Shown here: in pieces, positions 27,269-41,100 of the stretch
Position numbering within the stretch: position 1 is the first letter of the stretch
Layout: each line of letters begins with the position of its first letter
Assembly: GCA_951406725.2 (NCBI GenBank)
Contig: OX597824.1
Location: forward strand, 2,666,001 to 2,730,000
Source of the DNA: Octopus vulgaris
Lineage: Eukaryota
Length of the DNA: 64,000 nucleotides
Reading direction: 5' to 3'
Notes under the pieces: generated by a model
The model's database searches: none
Told to the model about the DNA's origin: nothing
What the model saw: only the letters and a program-made list of their open reading frames with translations
Made by a program: the position numbers and the translations under genes

Positions 27269-27450
27269 TTCTATCGCCCCACCACCGTGCATGTCTCTAC
27301 GAGAGATTTAGAAATTCAATATTTCTTATTCTTGTATAGGTTTTTACCGAATATGGTTCCTTTCCATACCGAAACTACTTGGTAAAATTTATTAATTATA
27401 AATTAATAATTTTTTACCCTATATCTATAATAATAATAATAATAATAATA

Positions 27451-27995
27451 GCAGTACCAGGCAGTGGCTCTCATGGTTTCTGATCTTAACTGATTGGAAG
27501 TGTTATCATGTACATTGTTTTGTCTTGGTATAAAAGATGGGCTACAGCAAATATTCTGCTCAATACCACAGATTTGCTTGTCAGTTGTTTGACCTTAACC
27601 AGTTGAGCATGTCCCTTAGTGGCTGACGATATGTGCATCTCTGATCACGAGCAGAAGTAGTGGGGGAGCATCATAGCCATGTGTTGAGAGGGATTATTTG
27701 GGGTTTGAATAGTTCACCTCTGGAAACATGGGTGGTTCTTTCAACATCCTTAAACAACCCTTATTCAGGGACCGTTTGAGTGGGATGGACTACTCAACCT
27801 GAAGAAAATTCTAACTGGGCCCCACCTGCAAGGTCATGTGCTGTTTATCTTGATATGAGATCACCATGCCGCGCACATATGGTTGTGATGCATGTGCCTG
27901 GTGTACCTTTATCAGACGGGTAGTCATGATGGGTATATTGGGCTTCGTATATTTTACCCCAGTGTCACTTTGATGGCATGAACTGCTCTCTCACC

Positions 27996-27996
<1 letters not shown>
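27451..27996 (+). mobile_element. Interspersed repeat bounded by (AAT)n, probably the 3' part of a non-LTR element
   Basis: A complex segment with (AAT)n tracts on both sides, arranged like the R4-type insertions elsewhere in the window. No protein motif recognised. Confidence 0.45.
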
Positions 27997-28068
<72 letters not shown>

Positions 28069-28385
28069 TATATATATATATATACAGTGATGGTTTGTTG
28101 CCAACTTAATGTGGCAGTTCCAGGAAATGGAAGAATGCTACTGCTATTTAGCACCAGGAAACACCGTTTCCAGTTGGTTATGTGACACAAGCGTTCTGTG
28201 TCCTTAAGTTTCCAAACAGGGGAGTAAAGCACCTCCAACCAGCAAAGCCAGCATCAAGAGTCATTATTGTTATAATTATATATAAAACTTCTTGTATAAG
28301 TTTTTACCGAATATGATTCTTTTCCATACCGAAACTACTTGGTGAAATTTATTAATTATAAATTAATAATTTTTTATCCTATATC

Positions 28386-28458
<73 letters not shown>

Positions 28459-28470
28459 GTGTATATATAT

Positions 28471-28541
<71 letters not shown>

Positions 28542-28586
28542 CATATATACACACACATATATATATATATATATGTGTGTATATAT

Positions 28587-28690
<104 letters not shown>

Positions 28691-28778
28691 GTACCAACAT
28701 CCTTCCTAATATGCTCGAATATGTGTATGATTTAATGAAATAAATTATTCCTAATTTTAAAATCTTTTGTTTTATTAG

Positions 28779-28886
28779 GCAAATGCAACTCTGAAGTCAA
28801 ACATTTATATGCTGCTTATGATTAATCCGGACGAATTTCCGCATTCTGACTTAGCCTATCCGCTTTGGATAAAGACACACATCACC
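28779..28886 (+). CDS. PEBP-family gene copy 1, exon 2
   Basis: ttttgttttattag|...|gtaagt, 108 nt, phase 0/0. [36 protein letters not shown] aligns to the PEBP 'YTL.M.DPDAP...HW.V.NI' block. Confidence 0.85.
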
Positions 28887-29569
28887 GTAAGTATAATTAG
28901 ATATTTTTTAGTAAATGTATTTTTTATGCAGATGTGTGCATTCATACATGCAACTGTTAATTTTAGCACCAATATGCGTATATAATTTCACAAATTGGAA
29001 CGCACCGCGCACACACATACACACACTTTAACAGATTCATACATGCAAAGATACCTACAGATGCACACAGATGCACATATTCATACACACAAATACATGC
29101 AAACACACACATGCATACATACATATATATAGTGAAGAGATTCAAGAAATTGTTTAACTGATAAATCATACTGAATATTGAGAAATTTCACTAAAACCTG
29201 CGCTAAAACATTATGAAAGAAATCAAATATTTCTGTAATTTACCGGTTTCAACACTTTTAAAACATATTCTTTCTAATTAATGATGTTGTCATAATTTCA
29301 TGATTATCTTGTCGGTGATAATGCTTTAATTTCATATGTGGTTGTTGATAATATCAGGGGAAGAGTTAAATAAATATTTACAGTAACTGGGGAGGTTAAT
29401 AAGTTGAATAATTTTTTCGTTCCTTATTAATAGTAATATTATTTTTGGTGAAGTAGCGAGTTGGACGTTGCCGATCTTCTTTGTGCCTCCTGCCGTGATA
29501 TGGGTTCATCCGGTATTGCCGATAAAAACTGAATGTCTAGACGTATTTTGAAGACTTCCATGTCCACAC

Positions 29570-29800
29570 TTTGCAAATCCCTGGTGTTCTGTGGTAGGGA
29601 ATCAAAGTGTTTGAAAGGATGATGAGATCAAGGGTAGTTAGCTTCCTAGTGAGTTACAATCTCCTAAATTCGAACCAGCATGGGTTTCTCTACAGCAGGG
29701 ACTGCCTAACATAGCTCTTGCACCACATAGATGATGTCTTTAAAGCCGCGGGATCAAGTTCAAACTCTGACGTCATATATCTTTATCGATTATCGTAGGT
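29570..29800 (+). mobile_element. Degenerate CR1-type RT fragment
   Basis: KVFERMMRSRVVSFL..YNLLNSNQHGF...RDCLT...NSDVIYL. Confidence 0.6.
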
Positions 29801-29880
29801 GCCCATGAAGTTGTGAGCTAAACCCTCTTCGACCTTCCAAATTTTGTCCATTGGCACATTCAAGGTGTAACAAATGGGAG

Positions 29881-29931
<51 letters not shown>

Positions 29932-30112
29932 GTAACATCACTCAGCTGGTAGCCATACCAACTGAGTGGACTGGGGCGACGTAAAATATACTGCCTCGCT
30001 CAAGGACATAACCTGTTGTATGGTCCGGTAAGTGGAACAACTGCGGAAGCGGAACACATCTTTCAGATTATTAGCTATCCTCTTCCAAATATATATGCAT
30101 GTATAAATATGC

Positions 30113-30155
<43 letters not shown>

Positions 30156-30267
30156 AATCAAAATGAGGGTGAAAAATTGGATATTGATTTGATAACATCA
30201 ATTTCAACACCAGTGGTCTAGCATATAAAAAAAACTGAGATTCAGTAAATAGTATTACATACATACA

Positions 30268-30456
30268 TATAAGGGGGAATTTTTAACCACTATGCGGAAG
30301 CCCTTATGCTAGAAGAATATCCGCTATGGTCTCAACCACTAAGAATTGTTCTCTGGTGTGCTAAATTTTCTGGAGAACAATTCTCAGTGATTAAGACCAT
30401 AGCGGATCTTGTAGCATAAGGGTTTCTAAATAGTGGTTAAAAGATTCCCTCTTATA
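30268..30456. repeat. Imperfect palindromic MITE-like element
   Basis: tataagggggaatttttaaccactat...cttatgcta...atccgctatggtct is mirrored by agaccatagcggat...tagcataag...atagtggttaaaagattccctcttata. Confidence 0.7.
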
Positions 30457-30623
30457 TTGATATATATATATATATATACACATACATATATATATATAGT
30501 TAGTTCAAACATATATATATATAGTTAGTCCAAACATGAAAACACAGAGAGAAAATACAACGCAAGGACGTGGAACAAGTATAGTGTTATTGGACGCTGA
30601 GGAAAAGAAAGAAAGAAGGAGGA

Positions 30624-30656
30624 TTTAACGTTTCGAGCGGAGCTTTTCGTCAGAAA
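30624..30656 (-). ncRNA. Minimal hammerhead-like motif in a Penelope-like repeat
   Basis: The minus strand reads ttt-CTGACGA-aaagctccgctc-GAAA-cg-TT-aaa. Related degenerate copies lie at about 925-955 (+) and 56239-56272 (+). Confidence 0.45.
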
Positions 30657-30731
30657 CATAGGAAAAGGAAAAGTCCAAGGAAGGGAAGACGGAGGAAAAA
30701 ATCGCCAACGATACACACGCGGTCACACACT

Positions 30732-30769
<38 letters not shown>

Positions 30770-31729
30770 CTTACATACATACATCGGACTCAACACAAAG
30801 CCCTCCTCCCAGAGACTTTCCACACACGCACTCTTTTGTAAAAAGAACATTTTACACAATCTTTTTTATTCATTTATTTTTTTGTATATTTTAATAAATA
30901 CTTTGTAATTTAAAAAATCTTTTTATAATTTTTATTTATTTCTGTTACTAATTCTAATTCAGTTACAGAATTGTTTTTTTCCTTTTCTGTTACTGATTTA
31001 GTCACATTTAATTTTTGTTATCACTAATTTTTATTTTTAATTATTTGTTTGTACTATTGATATTTAAAAAAAAAAATTTCATAACTTTTATTTTTTATAA
31101 TTTTTATTTTTCACTATCTATTTGTATTATTTTTTTTTTATATTCCTATATTCCTATACCACACACCACACACATCCGCGAGCGCGGATTAACAGTCCGA
31201 AGGCAAACGAGCCAAGACAATCTTTCAGCTTACATTTAATTATTTGGACACACGTGGACCAGTTTCTGGACTGGTATAATAACCTAACTTTCCTCAGCAC
31301 GAGTTGCCATGACAGATAGCCCGACCCCGTCTACAGCTGTTTCAGAAATATAACAGAAATCCCATCATCACCGACCCCCCAAAGAATTAACACGGGATCG
31401 CCTAACGAGAACGCAAACTTCATAGAATCAAAGTATCCCTGACTTGAAGAGAAGTTTGCTATCTACCCCTTGTTTGGATGATTTACTACTTCTGATGATG
31501 TTATAAAAAAATATGAACTCCCTTCGGAACTTACATACCATGGTCAAGACCCTAACCCTAACCTTCCACACAACATATTCCTTGGAATAGCAAGTTTAAG
31601 ATCTAACATATATTTTCATTTTCATTCTTATACATTCTTATACCCTTTATACTTGCTAAATTTCTCCCTTTCCAAAATAAATTCTTATATTGAACTCAAC
31701 TATTCCCCTCTATTTAACTCTCTCATATC

Positions 31730-31777
31730 GTCTCTGATGAAGGGATATCTTTTAAATCCCTGAAACAGCTGTAAGAC
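31730..31777 (+). ncRNA. Minimal type I hammerhead ribozyme with intact core
   Basis: gtct-CTGATGA-agggat(atcttttaa)atccct-GAAA-cagctg-TA-agac: canonical core, 6-bp stem II, palindromic stem III, GUA triplet and 4-bp stem I. Confidence 0.75.
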
Positions 31778-32019
31778 TACATTTCTCTTTATAAAAATGT
31801 TCTAGAAACTTCACACTGCCTTGGCTTTGTTGTCTTATTTTATTTAACATTTACATTCTTACACACGACCCGCGTTAGACTCCTCACTCATACTTTTATT
31901 GAACCGGGAGTCCATCAGTAGCACTTGCATAGCCTTACCTGCCTTTTGGGTCTTCTGGATACCAAAACCTCTTACATTATATGCACACACAAACACACAC
32001 AGTAATAGATGGATGGATG

Positions 32020-32071
<52 letters not shown>

Positions 32072-32344
32072 CAGAGAGCAAGAGAGAGAGATGTATATAT
32101 ACACACACACATATGAGAAAGAATGAAGGGAAAATAAAACACTCAGCATAGTTAATTACGCAAGTTAATTACGACAATACTTGAATAAATGAAGATACGT
32201 TATTCAATGTATATTACTCTTGTGGTGAGAACAACAACATCAAAAACATTTCTATATGATTACGTAAGTATATGTTTGTGTGTGCGTATTTATGTATGGA
32301 AGCATGTAAGTATCAATGTATTCTTAATGAAATTGTAATTGCAG

Positions 32345-32393
32345 CCCACACAACTGAAAGCAGGCGTAACAGCAGATAAAAAAGACGTGATAC
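32345..32393 (+). CDS. PEBP-family gene copy 1, exon 3 (49 nt)
   Basis: taattgcag|...|gtaagt. It encodes PTQLKAGVTADKKDVI plus 1 nt; phase 0 in and phase 1 out fit exons 2 and 4. Confidence 0.8.
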
Positions 32394-32899
32394 GTAAGTA
32401 ATATTTTCATTGTTACTCAATAGTGATACATGCATGTACATACATACATACACACATACAGACAAACATACATACATATATGCATGCATGCGTGTGTGGG
32501 CACGCGTGAGGTTATCAATATAATTTGTTGTTCCGTTAAGTAAATAAACAAAAATCTACGCCATACAAACACGATCCAGTGAGAGATAAATATCATTGAA
32601 TGTGCACAGAATAAAGATTCGAGCTGGTAATAGTTTCTTGTTTTGTACCTCCAAGCAATCTCAGGCTCTGAGCGCATGGTTCGTTCTATTTCTGAAGAGA
32701 ATAGACCATATGCTCAGAGCCTCTGGATTGCTTGGAGACACAAGGCGTGTTGTAAAAAACCTGTTTGTAAAAAGCCTGTCTAGAGCCGTATCTTCCTACT
32801 ATTGTGTACATTAAATGATATGTATATGTAATAACACTATACTTGTTCCACGTCCTCGTGTTGTGTTTACTCTTTGTGTTTTCATGTTTGGATTAACTT

Positions 32900-32987
<88 letters not shown>

Positions 32988-33041
32988 CAAATGTATACAT
33001 GCATGAATGTATGTGTATATTCATGCACGTATACACACACA

Positions 33042-33123
<82 letters not shown>

Positions 33124-33784
33124 ACCATGCTGGGGCACTGCCATATATATATATATATATATATAATTTCACATGGGTGATTCTTTCTTGCCTTCGGATT
33201 CATGGTCAAACGTCTGGGTGGAATTGCGCGAAAAATGACACAGATGTGTAGAATGATCCGGTGGTGATGCTGGGCTTCGTAGTTTTCATAGCTCTCATGG
33301 TTACCGAGATAATCTACTATGACAATACGTGTTTATGGATGAGAAAGGAAGGGATTGATAGGTGAATAAGGAAGGAAGGAAGGAGTGATATCATACCTGG
33401 TAGTGTACGCTGAAAAATAAATCAAGCAGCGTTTCAACTCTGTGTGAATATATGTGTGTGTATGTAAAATGAAGGGGTATTTGAATGTGTGTGTGTGTGT
33501 GCGCGTGTGAGTGTTTGTGTCTGTGCGCGTGCGCAGGCGCAATGGAAGTGGGATGTTTCATCTTTGTTCGCTTAGTATTTGGGTTTCTTTTTTGATTTGG
33601 TTGAATCTTGGTTGCTTTTTTTTTTGTTGGTCAGTTATTTATAGCGTTTTGATAGAGAAAAGTTATTCTAAAATTGCTTTTTAACGTAAGCGTGCCAAAA
33701 CAAGTCGAATGCTTACACAGAGCAGGTTTTACAGCCACGTCATCCAAACCGAACGGGTGAAACCGGGTTTAGGTGGTAGTATAT

Positions 33785-33830
<46 letters not shown>

Positions 33831-33874
33831 CTAATATAATAATCAAACATATAAATATATATATATACTTATAA

Positions 33875-33905
<31 letters not shown>

Positions 33906-34184
33906 AGTGTGTGTGTGTGTGTGTTTGTGTGTGTGTGGGTGTGTGGGTGTGTGTGTGTAGAATGATGCAGTTATAGAGACTCACACACCGGATGTCAAGT
34001 TCCTGTGTGAAGGATATAAGCGCACTGCGCCTCTTCATTAATCGCAAGTCCAGTACTCTTCGTGTTTAGAGCACTAGACCTCTGACAGGTGAAGCATTGC
34101 AGCGATCATAATAGCTTTGACTCAGAGACTTGAAGTCCTGTGTACAAGAATTCATAACTCTCTCATTCAATATTTTTAATCCTC

Positions 34185-34400
34185 GAAGGTGGTGAGATGG
34201 AAGAGACGTTAGCTCGCCGGGAGAAATGCTTAACAGTATTTCGTCTGCCGCTCCGTTCTGAGTTCAAATTCCGTCGACGTCGTCTTTGCCTTTCATCCTT
34301 TCGGGGTCGATAAATTAAGTACCAGTCGTGTACTGGGGTCGATCTAATCGACTTGCCCCCTCCCCCCAAATTTCAAGCCTTGTGCATTGAGTAGAAAAGA
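34185..34400 (+). mobile_element. SINE, family B
   Basis: Full family B motif. Confidence 0.8.
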
Positions 34401-34490
34401 ATATTTTTAATCCTCTGTTTCCAACGATACTAACGTCCGCCTCTCTAGTCATATGATTTGTCGATAGACATACTCACACATACACAACAA

Positions 34491-34544
<54 letters not shown>

Positions 34545-35111
34545 TGGACATCTACATAGAAATACACACAGACGCACCCACCCACTCATACACATATACA
34601 CACGCACAAGCACGCATGAATAATTTAATACGATATAATATAATATAAAATATAGATTTGAATTGTTTCGAGTATGAAAGAAGTTGGTTTCTAACAAAGA
34701 TACAAAACGAAGTCACATTTTAAACTTGAGAGAGGTCTTGCATCATTTTAGTGTACCTGTAGAGAGTGTGCTTGTAATGTGCGTGTTACCTGGTTGATTT
34801 CTTTCACGGAAAACCTTAGCTTTTCCTGAGTGTTACTTAAACCAAATGCAGCAGTTGTTATTGGTATAAAGGTGAAGTTCATAAATCTGCGTCTGCAAGC
34901 TGGAGACTTCAAAGAAGTTGTCAGTAGCTAACCTCTTCCTCTTTGCTTCTTGAGGAACAATTGATCTCAACGATGATTCATACTTCATCATGTCTGTCCC
35001 AGTTAATAATATCCGTTGTGTTAGGTTTGCACGTGGTACAAGTTTTGAGGGGAAATTTTCAGCAATATTCCTTGTGTTGATATTTATGCATATATTTCTC
35101 TATTGCCCCCA

Positions 35112-38100
35112 AGGGGCCAAACACAGAGGGGACAAACAAGGACAGACAAAGGGATTAGGGGCTAAACACAGAGGGGACAAACAAGGACAGACAAAGGGAT
35201 TAGGGGCTAAACACAGAGGGGACAAACAAGGACAGACAAAGGGATTAGGGGCTAAACACAGAGGGGACAAACAAGGACAGACAAAGGGATTAGGGGCTAA
35301 ACACAGAGGGGACAAACAAGGACAGACAAAGGGATTAGGGGCTAAACACAGAGGGGACAAACAAGGACAGACAAAGGGATTAGGGGCTAAACACAGAGGG
35401 GACAACAAGGACAGACAAAGGGATTAGGGGCTAAACACAAAAAGGGGACAAACAAGGACAGACAAAGGGATTAGGGGCTAAACACAGAGGGGACAAACAA
35501 GGACAGACAAAGGGATTAGGGGCTAAACACAAAAAGGGGACAAACAAGGACAGACAAAGGGATTAGGGGCTAAACAGGACAGAAACAGGGGGACAAACAA
35601 GGACAGACAAAGGGATTAGGGCTAAACACAGAGGGGACAAAAAGGACAGACAAAGGGATTAGGGGCTAAAACACAAAAAGGGGACAAACAAGGACAGACA
35701 AAGGGATTAGGGGCTAAACACAGAGGGGACAAACAAGGACAGACAAAGGGATTAGGGGCTAAACACAAAAAGGGGACAAACAAGGACAGACAAAGGGATT
35801 AGGGGCTAAACACAGAGGGGACAAACAAGGACAGACAAAGGGATTAGGGGCTAAACACAGAGGGGACAAACAAGGACAGACAAAGGGATTAGGGGCTAAA
35901 CACAGAGGGGACAAACAAGGACAGACAAAGGGATTAGGGCTAAACACAAAAGGGGACAAACAAGGACAGACAAAGGGATTAGGGGCTAAACACAGAGGGG
36001 ACAAACAAGGACAGACAAACGGATTAGGGGCTAAACACAGAGGGGACAAACAAGGACAGACAAAGGGATTAGGGGCTAAACACAGAGGGGACAAACAAGG
36101 ACAGACAAAGGGATTAGGGGCTAAAAACAGAGGGGACAAACAAGGACAGACAAAGGGATTAGGGGCTAAACACAAAAAGGGGACAAACAAGGACAGACAA
36201 ACGGATTAGGGGCTAAACACAGAGGGGACAAACAAGGACAGACAAACGGATTAGGGGCTAAACACAGAGGGGACAAACAAGGACAGACAAAGGGATTAGG
36301 GGCTAAACACAGAGGGGACAAACAAGGACAGACAAAAGGATTAGGGGATAAACACAGAGGGGACAAACAAGGACAGACAAAGGGATTAGGGGCTAAACAC
36401 AGAGGGGACAAACAAAGACAGACAAAGGGATTAGGGGCTAAACACAGAGGGGACAAACAAGGACAGACAAAGGGATTAGGGGTTAAACACAGGGGACAAA
36501 CAAGGACAGACAAAGGGATTAGGGGCTAAACACAGCGGGGACAAACAAGGACAGACAAAGGGATTAGGGGCTAAACACAGAGGGGACAAACAAGGACAGA
36601 CAAAGGGATTAGGGGCTAAACACAGAGGGGACAAACAAGGACAGACAAAGGGATTAGGGGCTAAACACAGAGGGGACAAACAAGGACAGACAAACGGATT
36701 AGGGGCTAAACATGGAGGGGACAAACAAGGACAGACAAACGGATTAGGGGCTAAACATGGAGGGGCCAAACAAGGACAGACAAAGGGATTAGGGGCTAAA
36801 CACAGAGGGGACAAACAAGGACAGACAAAGGGATTAGGGGCTAAACATGGAGGGGACAAACAAGGACAGACAAAGGGATTAGGGGCTAAACACAGAGGGG
36901 ACAAACAAGGACAGACAAAGGGATTAGGGGCTAAACACAGAGGGGACAAACAAGGACAGACAAAGGGATTAGGGCTAAACACAAAAGGGGACAAACAAGG
37001 ACAGACAAAGGGATTAGGGCTAAACACAGAGGGGACAAACAAGGACAGACAAAGGGATTAGGGGCTAAACACAAATAGGGGACAAACAAGGACAGACAAA
37101 GGGATTAGGGGCTAAACACAGAGGGGACAAACAAGGACAGACAAACGGATTAGGGGCTAAACACAGAGGGGACAAACAAGGACAGACAAAGGGATTAGGG
37201 GCTAAACACAGAGGGGACAAACAAGGACAGACAAAGGGATTAGGGGCTAAACACAAAAAGGGGACAAACAAGGACAGACAAAGGGATTAGGGGCTAAACA
37301 CAGAGGGGACAAACAAGGACAGACAAAGGGATTAGGGGCTAAACACGGAGGGGACAAACAAGGACAGACAAAGGGATTAGGGGCTAAACACAGAGGGGAC
37401 AAACAAGGACAGACAAACGGATTAGGGGCTAAACACAGAGGGGACAAACAAGGACAGACAAAGGGATTAGGGGCTAAACACAGAGGGGACAAACAAGGAC
37501 AGACAAAGGGATTAGGGGCTAAACACAAAAAGGGGACAAACAAGGACAGACAAAGGGATTAGGGGCTAAACACAGAGGGGACAAACAAGGACAGACAAAG
37601 GGATTAGGGGCTAAACATAGAGGGGACAAACAAGGACAGACAAAGGGATTAGGGGCTAAACACAGAGGGGACAAACAAGGACAGACAAACGGATTAGGGG
37701 CTAAACACAGAGGGGACAAACAAGGACAGACAAAGGGATTAGGGGCTAAACACAGAGGGGACAAACAAGGACAGACAAAGGGATTAGGGGCTAAACACAG
37801 AGGGGACAAACAAGGACAGACAAAGGGATTAGGGGCTAAACACAGAGGGGACAAACAAGGACAGACAAAGGGATTAGGGGCTAAACACAAAAAGGGGACA
37901 AACAAGGACAGACAAAGGGATTAGGGGTTAAACACAGAGGGGACAAACAAGGACAGACAAAGGGATTAGGGGCTAAACACAGAGGGGACAAACAAGGACA
38001 GACAAAGGGATTAGGGGCTAAACACAGAGGGGACAAACAAGGACAGACAAAGGGATTAGGGGCTAAACACAGAGGGGACAAACAAGGACAGACAAAGGGA

Positions 38101-41100
38101 TTAGGGGCTAAACATGGAGGGGACAAACAAGGACAGACAAACGGATTAGGGGCTAAACATGGAGGGGACAAACAAGGACAGACAAAGGGATTAGGGGCTA
38201 AACACAGAGGGGACAAACAAGGACAGAGACAAACGGATTAGGGGCTAAACATGGAGGGGACAAACAAGGACAGACAAAGGGATTAGGGGCTAAACACAGA
38301 GGGGACAAACAAGGACAGACAAAGGGATTAGGGGCTAAACACAGAGGGGACAAACAAGGACAGACAAAGGGATTAGGGGATAAACACAGAGGGGACAAAC
38401 AAGGACAGACAAACGGATTAGGGGCTAAACATAGAGGGGACAAACAAGGACAGACAAACGGATTAGGGGCTAAACACAGAGGGGACAAACAAGGACAGAC
38501 AAAGGGATTAGGGGCTAAACACAGAGGGGACAAACAAGGACAGACAAAGGGATTAGGGGCTAAACACAGAGGGGACAAACAAGGACAGACAAAGGGATTA
38601 GGGGCTAAACACAGAGGGGACAAACAAGGACAGACAAAGGGATTAGGGGCCAAACACAGAGGGGACAAACAAGGACAGACAAAGGGATTAGGGGCTAAAC
38701 ACAGAGGGGACAAACAAGGACAGACAAAGGGATTAGGGCTAAACACAGAGGGGACAAACAAGGACAGACAAAGGGATTAGGGGCTAAACACAGAGGGGAC
38801 AAACAAGGACAGACAAAGGGATTAGGGGCTAAACACAGAGGGGACAAACAAGGACAGACAAAGGGATTAGGGGCTAAACACAGAGGGGACAAACAAGGAC
38901 AGACAAAGGGATTAGGGGCTAAACACAGAGGGGACAAACAAGGACAGACAAAGGGATTAGGGGCTAAACACAGAGGGGACAAACAAGGACAGAGAAACGG
39001 ATTAGGGCTAAACACAGAGGGGACAAACAAGGACAGACAAACGGATTAGGGGCTAAACACAGAGGGGACAAACAAGGACAGACAAAGGGATTAGGGGCTA
39101 AACATGGAGGGGACAAACAAGGACAGACAAACGGATTAGGGGCTAAACATGGAGGGGACAAACAAGGACAGACAAAGGGATTAGGGGCTAAACATGGAGG
39201 GGACAAACAAGGACAGACAAAGGGATTAGGGGCTAAACATGGAGGGGACAAACAAGGACAGACAAACGGATTAGGGGCTAAACATGGAGGGGACAAACAA
39301 GGACAGACAAAGGGATTAGGGGCTAAACATGGAGGGGACAAACAAGGACAGAGAAACGGATTAGGGGCTAAACATGGAGGGGACAAACAAGGACAGACAA
39401 CGGATTAGGGGCTAAACACAGAGGGGACAAACAAGGACAGACAAAGGGATTAGGGGCTAAACACAGAGGGGACAAACAAGGACAGACAAAGGGATTAGGG
39501 GCTAAACACAGAGGGGACAAACAAGGACAGACAAACGGATTAGGGGCTAAACACAGAGGGGACAAACAAGGACAGACAAAGGGATTAGGGGCTAAACACA
39601 GAGGGGACAAACAAGGACAGACAAACGGATAAGGGGCTAAACACAAAAAGGGGACAAACAAGGACAGACAAAGGGATTAGGGGCTAAACACAGAGGGGAC
39701 AAACAAGGACAGACAAAGGGATTAGGGGCTAAACATAGAGGGGACAAACAAGGACAGACAAAGGGATTAGGGGCTAAACACAGAGGGGACAAACAAGGAC
39801 AGACAAACGGATTAGGGCTAAACACAGAGGGGACAAACAAGGACAGACAAAGGGATTAGGGGCTAAACACAGAGGGGACAAACAAGGACAGACAAAGGGA
39901 TTAGGGGCTAAACACAGAGGGGACAAACAAGGACAGACAAAGGGATTAGGGGCTAAACACAGAGGGGACAAACAAGGACAGACAAAGGGATTAGGGCTAA
40001 ACACAAAAGGGGACAAACAAGGACAGACAAAGGGATTAGGGGTTAAACACAGAGGGGACAAACAAGGACAGACAAAGGGATTAGGGGCTAAACACAGAGG
40101 GGACAAACAAGGACAGACAAAGGGATTAGGGGCTAAACACAGAGGGGACAAACAAGGACAGACAAAGGGATTAGGGGCTAAACACAGAGGGGACAAACAA
40201 GGACAGACAAACGGATTAGGGGCTAAACATGGAGGGGACAAACAAGGACAGACAAACGGATTAGGGGCTAAACATGGAGGGGACAAACAAGGACAGACAA
40301 AGGGATTAGGGGCTAAACACAGAGGGGACAAACAAGGACAGACAAACGGATTAGGGGCTAAACATGGAGGGGACAAACAAGGACAGACAAAGGGATTAGG
40401 GGCTAAACACAGAGGGGACAAACAAGGACAGACAAACGGATTAGGGGCTAAACACAGAGGGGACAAACAAGGACAGACAAAGGGATTAGGGGATAAACAC
40501 AGAGGGGACAAACAAGGACAGACAAACGGATTAGGGGCTAAACATAGAGGGGACAAACAAGGACAGACAAACGGATTAGGGGCTAAACACAGAGGGGACA
40601 AACAAGGACAGACAAAGGGATTAGGGGCTAAACACAGAGGGGACAAACAAGGACAGACAAAGGGATTAGGGGCTAAACACAGAGGGGACAAACAAGGACA
40701 GACAAAGGGATTAGGGGCTAAACACAGAGGGGACAAACAAGGACAGACAAAGGGATTAGGGGCCAAACACAGAGGGGACAAACAAGGACAGACAAAGGGA
40801 TTAGGGGCAAAACACAGAGGGGACAAACAAGGACAGACAAAGGGATTAGGGGCTAAACACAGAGGGGACAAACAAGGACAGACAAAGGGATTAGGGGCTA
40901 AACACAGAGGGGACAAACAAGGACAGACAAAGGGATTAGGGGCTAAACACAGAGGGGACAAACAAGGACAGACAAAGGGATTAGGGGCTAAACACAGAGG
41001 GGACAAACAAGGACAGACAAAGGGATTAGGGGCTAAACACAGAGGGGACAAACAAGGACAGACAAAGGGATTAGGGGCTAAACACAGAGGGGACAAACAA

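Noticed and set aside
32417-32677. Identical 86-aa minus-strand ORFs at 32417 and 62836 as a conserved gene
   Set aside because: The identity simply reflects near-identical intron DNA. The ORF runs into a microsatellite and shows no coding-type substitution pattern.
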